Source: Candidatus Bathyarchaeota archaeon (GTDB lineage: Archaea; Thermoproteota; Bathyarchaeia; Bathyarchaeales; Bathycorpusculaceae). Taken from it: a DNA stretch of 64,000 bases. The position numbers and the translations under genes were made by a program. The stretch lies in NCBI GenBank assembly GCA_963767735.1, contig CAVYES010000005.1, positions 32,001 to 96,000 of the forward strand, in the 5' to 3' direction. Below are positions 7,895 to 17,488 of the stretch, one piece after another. The notes beneath the pieces are model-generated. The model saw only the letters and a list, made by a program, of their open reading frames with translations. It searched no databases and had not been told where the DNA came from. How positions within the stretch are numbered: the stretch's first letter is position 1; each line of letters starts with the position of its first letter.

Positions 7895-8205
7895 TAAGCT
7901 GTCGCCTCTTCCTTTGGCTTTTCTGGCGGACTGTTACGTTTCCTGATATATTCAGGTTCCACCAGTTTCGCCTGCTCGAATGTTTGATAAACGTTAGCAT
8001 CTCCCTGAGTTATACTTGTTCCAGTTTTTGTATGCATTCTTTTAACAAAAACTACGTCGTCGCCAATTTTCATTTCAATAGCTATGGCTTTCTTCACTTC
8101 TAACCTCGGAGGGGTTTTTTCTTTTGGACCTTGAACAATAGTGAAAACTACTTCTTTCCGTTTCAGAAGCGGGTTATTCTTGGTTGATTCTATTTTGATT
8201 TGCAT
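7894..8205 (-). CDS. rps24e: 30S ribosomal protein S24e
   Basis: NPLLKRKEV, TPPRLEV, EPEYIRKRN. Confidence 0.95.
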   Translation of the reverse strand: MQIKIESTKNNPLLKRKEVVFTIVQGPKEKTPPRLEVKKAIAIEMKIGDDVVFVKRMHTKTGTSITQGDANVYQTFEQAKLVEPEYIRKRNSPPEKPKEEATA

Positions 8206-8228
8206 TAATATTCACTTAAGGCGTAAGT

Positions 8229-8798
8229 TCATACAGTTTTCTTCCTATTTAGCTTTTCGAAGGCTTTCATGGCTTTTAGGAACTCCTTGGCCTGAGCCTT
8301 TTTTTCCGGAGTCACTTTGACCACCACTAATCCCGAATATGGTTGCCCATAAACTACAAACGATTTTTCTGGAGCGTACAAAACAGCTATGAGTGTAAGT
8401 AAATCTTCCTCGCCGTTAACGACAATATGAGTGTGCTCGTTTTTTTCTATGGCTTCTTTGATTGCAGAAATTGCTTCTTTGGTGATTGTTCCCTGAGGGT
8501 TATTCACGTAAACTGTTTTTTCTGCTGAGATTTTTTCGGGCATATTTCGGTTTCTGAGAAATTTGGTATCGATAATTGTTAGTTGTGGGTGAATATTGTG
8601 TTCATGGAGGTTGCGAGAAACTACATCTCCGACAGAAATTGTTCTGGTCGGTTTTTCCCTGTTAACTAACTCTTTTATTTCACTCATTGTCTTATCAAAT
8701 GAGCCCTGAATTAGGATGCCGAATGGTTCTTTGAATTTTTCTCTTAGTTCCGGCGTTATTGTGTAGACTATCGTCATCTTTTTCGACCTTGTGAACAA
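8229..8798 (-). CDS. GTP-dependent dephospho-CoA kinase (DUF359)
   Basis: VGDVVS, NPQGTIT, GEEDLL, YGQP motifs; canonical position between spt4 and rps24e. Confidence 0.9.
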   Translation of the reverse strand: MFTRSKKMTIVYTITPELREKFKEPFGILIQGSFDKTMSEIKELVNREKPTRTISVGDVVSRNLHEHNIHPQLTIIDTKFLRNRNMPEKISAEKTVYVNNPQGTITKEAISAIKEAIEKNEHTHIVVNGEEDLLTLIAVLYAPEKSFVVYGQPYSGLVVVKVTPEKKAQAKEFLKAMKAFEKLNRKKTV

Positions 8799-8842
8799 CC
8801 GGTTTTAGGAACAAGTTACCGTTATGTGCCTAAAAAAACCGC

Positions 8843-9028
8843 TTAGCGCACTTTTAACGCGTATCTGCCTTTTTCTTTTATATTCATGGCTTTTGCAATG
8901 ACTGAGTTCTCAGGGTCAAACATGACAACTAAGCCGCTGTAGTCTTCGCTAAAACTTGTGGATCTACATTTACCGCAAACGTTTTCTTTAGTTATAAAAT
9001 GACAGTTAACACATGCTTTTTCACTCAT
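8843..9028 (-). CDS. spt4: Transcription elongation factor Spt4 (RpoE'')
   Basis: KACVNC...CGKC...GRYALKVR. Confidence 0.93.
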   Translation of the reverse strand: MSEKACVNCHFITKENVCGKCRSTSFSEDYSGLVVMFDPENSVIAKAMNIKEKGRYALKVR

Positions 9029-9048
9029 TCTTGTTCACTCCCTTTTAC

Positions 9049-9630
9049 TCAGCTTTTTTCTTTGCTTTCTGCCTGTTTCTTTGCAGGTGCTTCAGCTGTT
9101 TCCTTTAACCATTCAAGTTTACCTAAGAACGGTTGCCTAGCTGTGACGCCGATTTTTCCTGAGCTTCCGGCTCTGCCAAGCGAAACCGCTGTTATTCTAA
9201 CACGTACTTGGTCGCCTGTTGTTAGTTTTCTTTTGGATTCTTTTCCCAGTAGTACTCCTTGTTTTTCGTCATAAGAGATGTAGTCGTCCATAAGTTGTGA
9301 GACATGAAGTAATGCGTCTACTGGTCCGATGCGTACGAAGGCGCCGAAATCTGCTATTTCAACGACGTCTCCTTCTACAACTTCTTGAATTATCGGGTAG
9401 AACGTTAACAGAGAAAATGATACCTTGTGATAGGTTGCTCCGTCGCCTGGAATTATCTTGCCTATGGGGCTTACTTCTATAGTTGTGACCGCGATGACGT
9501 ACCCTAATTCCTCATCCACAACTCCCTCATATTTCTGTTTGACTTGTTCACGACCCACTTTTTCTAAAGGGTTGCCGAAGGTTTCGGGTGGAATACGGAT
9601 AGTATCCTGTAGTGTTATGAGCTTAAACAT
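9049..9630 (-). CDS. rpo7: DNA-directed RNA polymerase subunit E' (Rpo7)
   Basis: GKIIPGDGA; S1 domain FGAFVRIGPVDALLHVSQ. Confidence 0.96.
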   Translation of the reverse strand: MFKLITLQDTIRIPPETFGNPLEKVGREQVKQKYEGVVDEELGYVIAVTTIEVSPIGKIIPGDGATYHKVSFSLLTFYPIIQEVVEGDVVEIADFGAFVRIGPVDALLHVSQLMDDYISYDEKQGVLLGKESKRKLTTGDQVRVRITAVSLGRAGSSGKIGVTARQPFLGKLEWLKETAEAPAKKQAESKEKS

Positions 9631-9632
9631 AG

Positions 9633-10097
9633 TTATATCAACCCGTCAATCTCTAGACGCGATTTTTGTCTCACATAAATCACTGGCACACTTATATCTC
9701 TTAGCTTCCTCCGTAGCTGCCTGTCATTGGTGAACACGGGCGAATTCCACGCTTTAGCAACCTTAACTATAACATCGTCAGTCGACAGCTTTTCATTTTC
9801 ATCAACTGGAACGTACTTGCATTTTTCAGCAAACTTCAATGCGTAAACAGCTTCCCTGCGAATTTTAGGCGAATTCTTAGTTGCCAACAGTTCAAGTTCA
9901 CCTTTAACTGGCGATAGCAAAACAAAATCAACATTCCGATTTAGCAGACGCTCAACTTCAACAAAAATATCGAGTTTAAACTCAAGCGGAACAAATAATG
10001 CGTTTGAATCTAAAATAACTTTTAACGCTCCATTTCTCTTCGGTGAAGCTGACACTTGGCATGGCTCCTGTTTCCCAAAAAAGTTAATTTTTTGCAT
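9633..10097 (-). CDS. PIN-domain nuclease (Fcf1/Utp24-like)
   Basis: VILDSNAL, TDDVI, FTNDRQLR; conserved between eIF2g and rpoE'. Confidence 0.88.
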   Translation of the reverse strand: MQKINFFGKQEPCQVSASPKRNGALKVILDSNALFVPLEFKLDIFVEVERLLNRNVDFVLLSPVKGELELLATKNSPKIRREAVYALKFAEKCKYVPVDENEKLSTDDVIVKVAKAWNSPVFTNDRQLRRKLRDISVPVIYVRQKSRLEIDGLI

Positions 10098-10211
10098 GCT
10101 TAAAACATTTCGTTCTTAAGTTTCGTTTGTGTTGCTATGCATTATTGTCTTAAAATTACTATCAGTTTAAATACCTTGAGCAAATGAATTGAGCAATAAT
10201 CAGGTGAATGT

Positions 10212-10649
10212 TTGCTCCGCGAGAAATCGTGTGGCGCTGTAATATTCATAAAAAAGAGTGATGCCACAAAATATCTTCTTCTGAACTATACAGCAGGGCA
10301 TTGGGATTTTGTCAAGGGCAATGTTGAACCTGATGAAAGCGAAAAAGAAACCGTTGTCCGTGAACTAAAAGAGGAAACTAGCATAACTGAGGCCCAATTC
10401 GTCGATGGTTTCAGAGAAGCAATCGCTTACTTTTACAGGCGGCAAGGTTTAACGGTCCATAAAGAAGTTGTATTCTTCTTAATGGAAGCATACAGTGATA
10501 AAGTGGTGTTGTCTTTCGAGCACGTAGGCTATGTTTGGTTGGATTACCAGCATACCATGGAAAAACTAACTTTTAAAAATGCTAAGGACGTTCTACAAAA
10601 ATCGCGCGATTTCCTTAAGAAAAACGGCATAATAAAATTGACTGAGTAA
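10212..10649 (+). CDS. NUDIX hydrolase (Ap4A hydrolase-like)
   Basis: GHWDFVKG; Nudix box GNVEPDESEKETVVRELKEET; LSFEH. Confidence 0.9.
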   Translation: MLREKSCGAVIFIKKSDATKYLLLNYTAGHWDFVKGNVEPDESEKETVVRELKEETSITEAQFVDGFREAIAYFYRRQGLTVHKEVVFFLMEAYSDKVVLSFEHVGYVWLDYQHTMEKLTFKNAKDVLQKSRDFLKKNGIIKLTE

Positions 10650-10658
10650 ACTTGGTTG

Positions 10659-11909
10659 TTACTTTTGGATAAGCCCGTATCCGATAAGTCTCCAGCGGGC
10701 AGTGATTTTTCTGCTGATAGCAACTCTGGAATCTGGCAATGCACAAATCGGCCTAGTCAACTTTACTTTAATCACGTTTTGTTTTATTGCAACTATTTTT
10801 CCAACGTTTACAGCAGCGCCTATATGAAGCAGCAGTGTTTCATCGGGGTTAAATTTTTCAACCTTCAAAAGTTCTTTTGTTCCCACTGCACGTTCCAAAA
10901 CGTGTGTTTCTAAAGTAAGCTCCGTCAATGTTGGCGGAAGCATTCCTGCTTTTCCAGCAATGCTGCCTGTTAAGCCGTCTGCCTTTGAATAGGATGGGTC
11001 AAGTAATGTTCCTACTCCAACAAGGCCCCCGCACGTGGCCTCTTTCACACTTTGCTCACCAGCGTTCAAACTAACTATTTCGCTGATTAATGGGTCGTAA
11101 AGGGTTTTGCCTTCTCTTTCAACACTGATGCCTGGGCGAATTTCTATTTCTTCTCCAACGGCAAATTTTCCTTGAGCTATTGTTCCGCCGACGATGCCGC
11201 CTTCTAGCTCTTCGATGGTGGTTCCTGGTTTGTTAACGTCAAAAGACCGAATAATGTACATGAGCGGCGGCTTAGTTTCATCCCGTTTGGGCGTAGGAAT
11301 AAATGTTTCAATAGCGTTAAGGAGCACATCAATGTTTATGCCCCGTTGGGCTGAGATTGGAATAATCGGCGCCTTTTCCGCTACTGTGCCTTTAATGAAG
11401 TTTTTGATTTCTTTGTAGCTTTCTAGCGCTCTTTTCTCATCTACGATGTCAATTTTGTTCTGTACAATAATTAGATTTTTTATGCCACTTACTTCAGCGG
11501 CTGCGAGGTGCTCTCGTGTCTGCGGTTGAGGACATGGCTCATCTGCTGCAATAACCAAAATCGCGCCATCCATTATGGCCGCGCCTGAAAGCATAGTGGC
11601 CATTAACGCTTCGTGCCCTGGTGCGTCAACAAAACTTATAGCTCGAACAAATTTTGCTTCAGAATTACAGCCTTCACAATAGGGCTTAATTGTGTAGTTT
11701 TTGGGCGGCTCACATTTCGGGCACTTGTAAATAGGCATATCCGCGTAGCCCAGTTTTATGGTGATGCCTCTTTTTAGTTCTTCACTGTGCCTTGACGCCC
11801 AAACGCCCGTTAACGCTTGTACCAACGTTGTTTTCCCATGGTCTACATGCCCTATGGTGCCGATGTTGACTTCTGGCTGCTTAGGCAAGGCTTTACTCGT
11901 GTCACTCAT
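10659..11909 (-). CDS. eif2g: Translation initiation factor 2 subunit gamma
   Basis: GHVDHGKT, RGITIKLGY, DAPGHE, NKID. Confidence 0.97.
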   Translation of the reverse strand: MSDTSKALPKQPEVNIGTIGHVDHGKTTLVQALTGVWASRHSEELKRGITIKLGYADMPIYKCPKCEPPKNYTIKPYCEGCNSEAKFVRAISFVDAPGHEALMATMLSGAAIMDGAILVIAADEPCPQPQTREHLAAAEVSGIKNLIIVQNKIDIVDEKRALESYKEIKNFIKGTVAEKAPIIPISAQRGINIDVLLNAIETFIPTPKRDETKPPLMYIIRSFDVNKPGTTIEELEGGIVGGTIAQGKFAVGEEIEIRPGISVEREGKTLYDPLISEIVSLNAGEQSVKEATCGGLVGVGTLLDPSYSKADGLTGSIAGKAGMLPPTLTELTLETHVLERAVGTKELLKVEKFNPDETLLLHIGAAVNVGKIVAIKQNVIKVKLTRPICALPDSRVAISRKITARWRLIGYGLIQK

Positions 11910-11997
11910 CTGATTCTCTCTTTAAATAAATTTGATGAATTATGAAAGAACTAGGGAAGTTTATAAGGTTTAAGCATGAGCTCAGTCAAAGTTGTGC

Positions 11998-12390
11998 TCA
12001 CGTTGCAACTGGCTGCGCTTTAACTTCAGCGGCTTTTGCGGCTGGTTTTTCAACAATTTTCATGTTAATCTGAACAATTTCGTCTGTTATTGTGCTTCCG
12101 CGAACTGTTTTACGCCTTCTCTCTCCATGCTTCTTTGGGCTAAAACCTGCTCCACCGCTAAGCACCACAGCTCGGCGGACACCACCATGAACATTTCCCC
12201 TCATAGGAACGCCATCTTTGTCTGAACCGCCCCTTATTTGCACTTTATGCGCCGGCAAATCAACTACTGTTCCGTCCATTGTTTCTCCAATTCTTCTACC
12301 GATGAACGGTGCTGCACGTGCTTCTTCAAGCTCAACAACCTTTGAAGTTCCAGCTTCGGGATCAGATACTATTACCTTAAATTTCGCCAT
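11998..12390 (-). CDS. rps6e: 30S ribosomal protein S6e
   Basis: GGSDKDGVPMR, GERRRKTVRG. Confidence 0.96.
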   Translation of the reverse strand: MAKFKVIVSDPEAGTSKVVELEEARAAPFIGRRIGETMDGTVVDLPAHKVQIRGGSDKDGVPMRGNVHGGVRRAVVLSGGAGFSPKKHGERRRKTVRGSTITDEIVQINMKIVEKPAAKAAEVKAQPVAT

Positions 12391-13049
12391 TTGGCTGATA
12401 TACTCTCCAGCGGAGTAAGAAGTTGGCTGCTCTCTCTATTAAGGATTTATGAAAAATTTTTGCCCTATGCCTGATTTTCAAAACAACTTAGTATTGTTCA
12501 GGGGCTCTGGCTCTAATTTTTGTTTGTAATCGTTGGGGCAGAACATCAATGGTTGTGTTGCCGTTTTATGGGGCTGTAATGGGTTGTTTTTTGATTTTAA
12601 GCTTGAATCGGTGGCAGGTTGTGTGCATATTTGTTCGGATTTGTGTGGATTTGTGTGGAATTGTATGGATTGTTGAAGAGCCGCTCTGAGTAGGTTGCGG
12701 CAAATTTTGAACAAGCCGTTCTAAGTTGCTTTTCTGGTTTAGGCTTTGAAACGTTTGCAGGTTGAGTGTTTTCGCGTTGTTCTGCGTTGTTTTGCGTGTT
12801 TCTGGGTGTTTCTGGGTGTTTTCTGCGTTTTATTGCGTTGGTTTGCGTTTCTTTAGGCTTAAGTTTAGGTTAGTTGATGGTTCTGAAGGTCAGCCTTTTA
12901 ACGGTTGCTTCAATTAGAAACCGGCGTTTACAAACTTTAAATGGCAAAAGTTCACGTCCAAGGCAGCTAGAACCTTAAGGTACCACCAAAATATTTAGAG
13001 ACAGCGCGTTGTTCAGGCAAAAGGTTTAAAGCATCTTTGAAGCCGTTCT

Positions 13050-14294
13050 TTGGCTATGTGGCGGTTAGGGTTTTTCTTCCATGATATGGCTTTCGGATTG
13101 CTAACGGTCTTCATACCGCTATACTTGGTATTGCATTTTAGCGCCAGTAGCCTAGCTATTTTGGGAGGTCCGCTTCTCGCCCTCGGAGTTATGACTTCTG
13201 TAGCGATCTTCTGTTCGATCCCCGCCTCTTTTCTGTGGGGGTACCTATGCGACGCTACCCGGCACTACAAAATCTTCATTCTCCTTGCTTTCGCATCAAT
13301 AGCTGCAATTCTTTTCCTCATGGCGCTTCCATTTGCCCAGAACCTACTTGTTTTTGTTGCTTTGTATATTGTCATGCAGGTGCTTCATGTAGCTCATGAA
13401 TCGCCGAAGAACGTGCTTGTCACCGAGCATTACAGCCGCAACGACTGGGAGAGAGCCTTCGGGTTCTACGAGGGGCTAACAGAAATCGGAACGATTATAG
13501 GTTTTGCTATAGGAATATTCATGTTTGCTTTTGTCTCAACAATCAGTTTCTCTATCTTGTCAACGTATACGTTTTACATTTGCAGCGGTATAAGCGTGGT
13601 TGCATTCGCGCTAGCTTTAGCGTTGATTGCTGACCCATTGTTGATTTTTGAGAGACGCTTGGTAAGCATCGAGAAAAAACTGGAGTATACACATCGTGGC
13701 GTCGAAGCCTCATCTAGGCTAATGGATGGTCTGCCGTGGAAAGGTCGTCTTAAGCAGGACAGCTTCGCAGGCTTCGCATTAGCCATCGTTCTGTTTGCTC
13801 TTGCAACAAGCCTCTTCTTTACTCCTTTACCCATCTTTCTAAACGAAGGTCTACATTTGCCTATGAGCATAGTTTACTTTGCATACATCTTAAACTCTGC
13901 AGGTGCAACAACGGGCTATTTCCTGATTCGTGGACGAGCACAATCGATGAATATAAGAAAGCAGATGCCTCGCTTTGTGCTCCTGCGTAGCTTACTAGTT
14001 TTTATGATTGTTGCGGTAATTTGGTTTGCTTTTTCACCCGCTATCTTAACCGGCATTTTGCTTATCTTTCTCGGATTTACCTACGCCATGTACTACATTA
14101 TGATGCTTTCTCTTTCAATGGAGGTTATACCCGCGGGAAAAGCCGGCTTCTTCGATGGGCTTGTCGGTTTAGGGGCAGCGATAGGCGCTTTTCTTGGTCC
14201 CTTCCTCGCTTTTCACTTGAATTACGTGCCGATGTTCGTTGTTACGGCAGTTATTTTCTTAGTCGCCTTCACAACTCTAAAACTGTTCCGCTAA
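13050..14294 (+). CDS. MFS transporter
   Basis: About 12 hydrophobic segments; WGYLCD motif-A-like sequence. Confidence 0.85.
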   Translation: MAMWRLGFFFHDMAFGLLTVFIPLYLVLHFSASSLAILGGPLLALGVMTSVAIFCSIPASFLWGYLCDATRHYKIFILLAFASIAAILFLMALPFAQNLLVFVALYIVMQVLHVAHESPKNVLVTEHYSRNDWERAFGFYEGLTEIGTIIGFAIGIFMFAFVSTISFSILSTYTFYICSGISVVAFALALALIADPLLIFERRLVSIEKKLEYTHRGVEASSRLMDGLPWKGRLKQDSFAGFALAIVLFALATSLFFTPLPIFLNEGLHLPMSIVYFAYILNSAGATTGYFLIRGRAQSMNIRKQMPRFVLLRSLLVFMIVAVIWFAFSPAILTGILLIFLGFTYAMYYIMMLSLSMEVIPAGKAGFFDGLVGLGAAIGAFLGPFLAFHLNYVPMFVVTAVIFLVAFTTLKLFR

Positions 14295-14312
14295 ACAACA
14301 AGTTACATACCA

Positions 14313-14345
14313 TTTTTGTGGCTGGAATTTGGCACAAAAAGTAGG
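14313..14345 (+). repeat. Dispersed hairpin repeat, copy 1
   Basis: TTTTTGTGGCTGGAATTTGGCACAAAAAGTAGG, 29/33 identical to 22115-22147. Confidence 0.65.
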
Positions 14346-14540
14346 TAGGTCTATAGGTAGGGGGTGATGGTTGAGGGTTTGTTTTGGGTTGCTTTTTTGT
14401 TTTAGGGTTTGACAAGGTATTTGTTTAGATTTTAGTTTAAATTGTTTCAGAAATCCTTTGAAAAATCATCGCTTTTTAGAAACATAATAAGGATTGTTAA
14501 TTCAAAAAATCTTTAAGCTGAAATAACAACTGCTTGCGCT

Positions 14541-14678
14541 ATGAAATTTGTCGATGAAGATGACGGGGAGTTTTGCCTCAAATGCCAAAGTCGAAAAGAA
14601 CGTATCTTTGAAAACGGGCTGGTAGTTTGTCGAAACTGCAGGCATTTAAAAGCTGTTAAATTACCGATACCCCTTTAA
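14541..14678 (+). CDS. Small zinc-finger protein (45 aa, not in ORF track)
   Basis: MKFVDEDDGEFCLKCQSRKERIFENGLVVCRNCRHLKAVKLPIPL with two CxxC. Confidence 0.6.
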   Translation: MKFVDEDDGEFCLKCQSRKERIFENGLVVCRNCRHLKAVKLPIPL

Positions 14679-15057
14679 CTTTAAAACAACGGAAACAATA
14701 AACCGTACATTTAATTTTACAGTGCAAACGATTAAACCTGTTAAAATTTTAGCTGGAACAGCTTTATCTGCTCTATTAACTTGTTACAAACCTCTAGTTT
14801 CCAGAGGCTAACTCGGAGTTTCCAGAAGAAAACGGGTTAAGAAGCCTAGAACCAAAAAAGAATCACCAAATCTTGTCACGACAAACATCTAACTAGTAAT
14901 CGTAAATCCAAACACGTAAACAGTAAAAGAAAATCCAAAATGGGTTAGGATAAAGGAGCTTGGTTAACTGCTCAACCTGTGAATCCGGCTTTAACTTCAT
15001 TTTGGGTAATGGACGGCTTCCTTAGAAAGAAAATAAGTTACAGTACAAGAAACGGTT

Positions 15058-15276
15058 TTGAATGAAGAAAGAAAAAATCTTAGAATCCTCTCAACATCTA
15101 CGCATGAATGGAAAAAGACTCTTGTCCACTCAAGATTGATTACAAAGGTGGGTTCTATTCGTGGAGCTGAAGGGTCGAAAGAATTCCCACCCTTTAGAGA
15201 AATTGAGGAGGCTGAGGAGGCAGAAGAAGTCAGATGCGTGAAATGTAAAAAAACTGGGAGACCCAAGTGTTATTAA
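15058..15276 (+). CDS. Small hypothetical protein
   Basis: 72-aa ORF with C-terminal CxxC; no family recognised. Confidence 0.35.
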   Translation: MNEERKNLRILSTSTHEWKKTLVHSRLITKVGSIRGAEGSKEFPPFREIEEAEEAEEVRCVKCKKTGRPKCY

Positions 15277-15648
15277 GTTAAGTTCGCAATCTAAAATACT
15301 CACGCGTTTTCGAAAATAGGATTTTTGGGAAACAAGGTTACAAATTGTTTGATTTCAGAACACATGTACTGCAACCAATTTAAACCAAAATTTTAACGAA
15401 AAGCTTGTTAATTTAGGGTTTGAAGCGCAGTTATACTGTGTTTGCTTAAAGGGCGAAAATGAGGGTAAAACCATTGGATTCTCCTAATTGGCACATCTAT
15501 ATTAGCCAAATAGGCAAGCATACAAGCGTTAAGGCAACTGGCGTGTTTGGCTATTCCAAATACAGCAAAATCGCTTTTGCCAATGTCGGGTAGCAGAGAA
15601 AAATTAAAGAAGAAAAAAGAAAGAGTTGGTTGAGCTTTGTGATCGGGT

Positions 15649-17091
15649 TTATTCTGTGTGGACTCTGTAGAGGTCGATGTCTTCGCGCATGGCTGGAGTC
15701 AGTTCAAGGAAGTCTCTGACTGAGCGTACAATGTCTTTGCTCTGTGTGACGTATCTGCCGACTATGAGGATGTCTGCGCCCTGCTCAAGTGCTTCTTTGG
15801 CTGTTTCTGGAACAATGCCGCCTGCAACTGCAATGAGGAGTTTCTTGTTGGGGAAAGCTTGGCGTAGCATCTTTATGCGTTCAAGTCCGCAGGTTCTGCC
15901 GCTTTCCTGATCAATACCTCTGTGTAGAATGACGATGTCTGGCAGGACTTTAAGTGATTTTAGCTTTGCGAGGACGTCTTCTACATTTAGCATGTCGATG
16001 ACCGAGTAGATTCCCATACGCCTGGATTCAGAAACAGTTGCATCAAGAGTTTCTGCGGGTCCTAAGCCTGCTGCGACAACTGCGTCTGCTGTGTCTTCGT
16101 ATGCAATGTCTACTTCAACTTTGCCTACATCAAGCGTTTTTAGGTCAGCTATTATAAACTTGTCTTTGGCTGTTTGTCTTAGATCGCCGATTACGCGTGT
16201 TCCGTAGCGTTTAATGAGGGGTGTGCCAGCTTCGATGATGATTCTGTCGCTTCCAGGCAGTTGTTCAAGAACTTTTTTTGCCGCTTCAAGTGAGGGTGCG
16301 TCAAGCGCAATTTGCAGGTATGGTGGTCTCCATAGGCGTGGCACTTTGAATCCCATGATTGGATGCTTTGATCGGTCTTTCTCGTAGATCATCTTTTCCA
16401 ACGTTGGATAGCTCTTTAATGCTCGCTGCAACGCCATTTTGGTTGCGCCGTAGTTGTACTGGTATATTTTGCGGAAATCGGTTGCTTGTGGGTGGATGAA
16501 GACACTGCATATGATGACCCAGTCGTCGAGTTTGTCTGCGGGTATGATTCCTTCTTCTGTGGAGTCCGCGATGGCTTTGGCAACCGCGGCTTGTGCAGGA
16601 CCAAAAATTTTCCCTGTATCCTCCATGTTCTTAACAGTTACTTTAGGAACTATCAGCGTGTGGGGTTTCGGCGGTAAGTTCGGTCTTATGACTGCCAGTA
16701 GCGGCGTGTGACCGGCTGATAAACTTGTCATGCCATTAGCGAAGGCTTGGCCAACAGGTCCATCCTTGTCGCCTATCATCAGGTCGATGTGTGCGACTTC
16801 GTTTCCTTCTCCTACTAGAGATTCGCCGATTAGATAGGTGCTTCCTGATTTTTCAGCTGGAGCGTCTACAGTGGTTGTCGGCGTACGGTCAACGATTTCT
16901 TTAAAATCGACATTAAACTCCTTTAACCACGAATATAATGTATCCCTATGGATCTCTAATTCTTTTGCCGTTCCGACGATTGTCGGTTTTGTCGGCTTAC
17001 CTTTTGTGCCAACTTCTTTTTTTGCTGCTTCGGTTAATGTTTTTATGAATTCTTCTCGAGTTTCTGGCTTTTTAACATCTGCTCCCGACAT
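15649..17091 (-). CDS. fae-hps: Bifunctional formaldehyde-activating enzyme / 3-hexulose-6-phosphate synthase with extra N-terminal HTH
   Basis: Fae: GEGNEVAHIDL, GPAQAAVA, NYGATK; Hps: LQIALD, EAGTPLIK, ADLKTLDVG, AVAGG, VGR. Confidence 0.92.
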   Translation of the reverse strand: MSGADVKKPETREEFIKTLTEAAKKEVGTKGKPTKPTIVGTAKELEIHRDTLYSWLKEFNVDFKEIVDRTPTTTVDAPAEKSGSTYLIGESLVGEGNEVAHIDLMIGDKDGPVGQAFANGMTSLSAGHTPLLAVIRPNLPPKPHTLIVPKVTVKNMEDTGKIFGPAQAAVAKAIADSTEEGIIPADKLDDWVIICSVFIHPQATDFRKIYQYNYGATKMALQRALKSYPTLEKMIYEKDRSKHPIMGFKVPRLWRPPYLQIALDAPSLEAAKKVLEQLPGSDRIIIEAGTPLIKRYGTRVIGDLRQTAKDKFIIADLKTLDVGKVEVDIAYEDTADAVVAAGLGPAETLDATVSESRRMGIYSVIDMLNVEDVLAKLKSLKVLPDIVILHRGIDQESGRTCGLERIKMLRQAFPNKKLLIAVAGGIVPETAKEALEQGADILIVGRYVTQSKDIVRSVRDFLELTPAMREDIDLYRVHTE

Positions 17092-17305
17092 TTTTTAGCC
17101 TCAGCGCTTTCTGTAGATTTATCTTGTATATAAGAATGTCGGAAGTTTAGAAAAAATGTTGGTGAGTGTTCGTCTGCTTTTAGCGGTTGGTTGCCGCTTA
17201 ATGTTTTTTCTTTGGGGAGCAGCAAGAACTTGCTTGGGGAAAAAAATCCAGCGGTAAATCTATATACCTTGAAGTTTTATTCAATGCAACCTATGAGGCA
17301 ACTCG

Positions 17306-17488
17306 ATGTCTTGGACTGACTGGGCATGCTTAGGAATATTCATACTTGGATTTTTGCTGTTCCTCGTCGGCGCCAACATTTATAACGCAATTATCGGTTA
17401 CACTGGCGTCTACCTTTTCATCGGGGCAATCGTAGCCTACATTATCATTTACATATACAAGGAATTGAGTAAGAAGCCATCCGCTTAA
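17306..17488 (+). CDS. Small two-TM membrane protein
   Basis: 60 aa, two hydrophobic helices. Confidence 0.7.
   Translation: MSWTDWACLGIFILGFLLFLVGANIYNAIIGYTGVYLFIGAIVAYIIIYIYKELSKKPSA

Noticed and set aside
7582-8103. Alternative-frame and antisense ORFs over rps27ae/rps24e (and similar shadows throughout the window)
   Set aside because: They overlap confidently identified genes and show no recognisable motifs
14796-14836. Two AGTTTCCAGA direct repeats resembling ORB elements (replication origin)
   Set aside because: Only a partial match to the TCCAnTGGAA-type consensus and no cdc6/orc1 gene nearby
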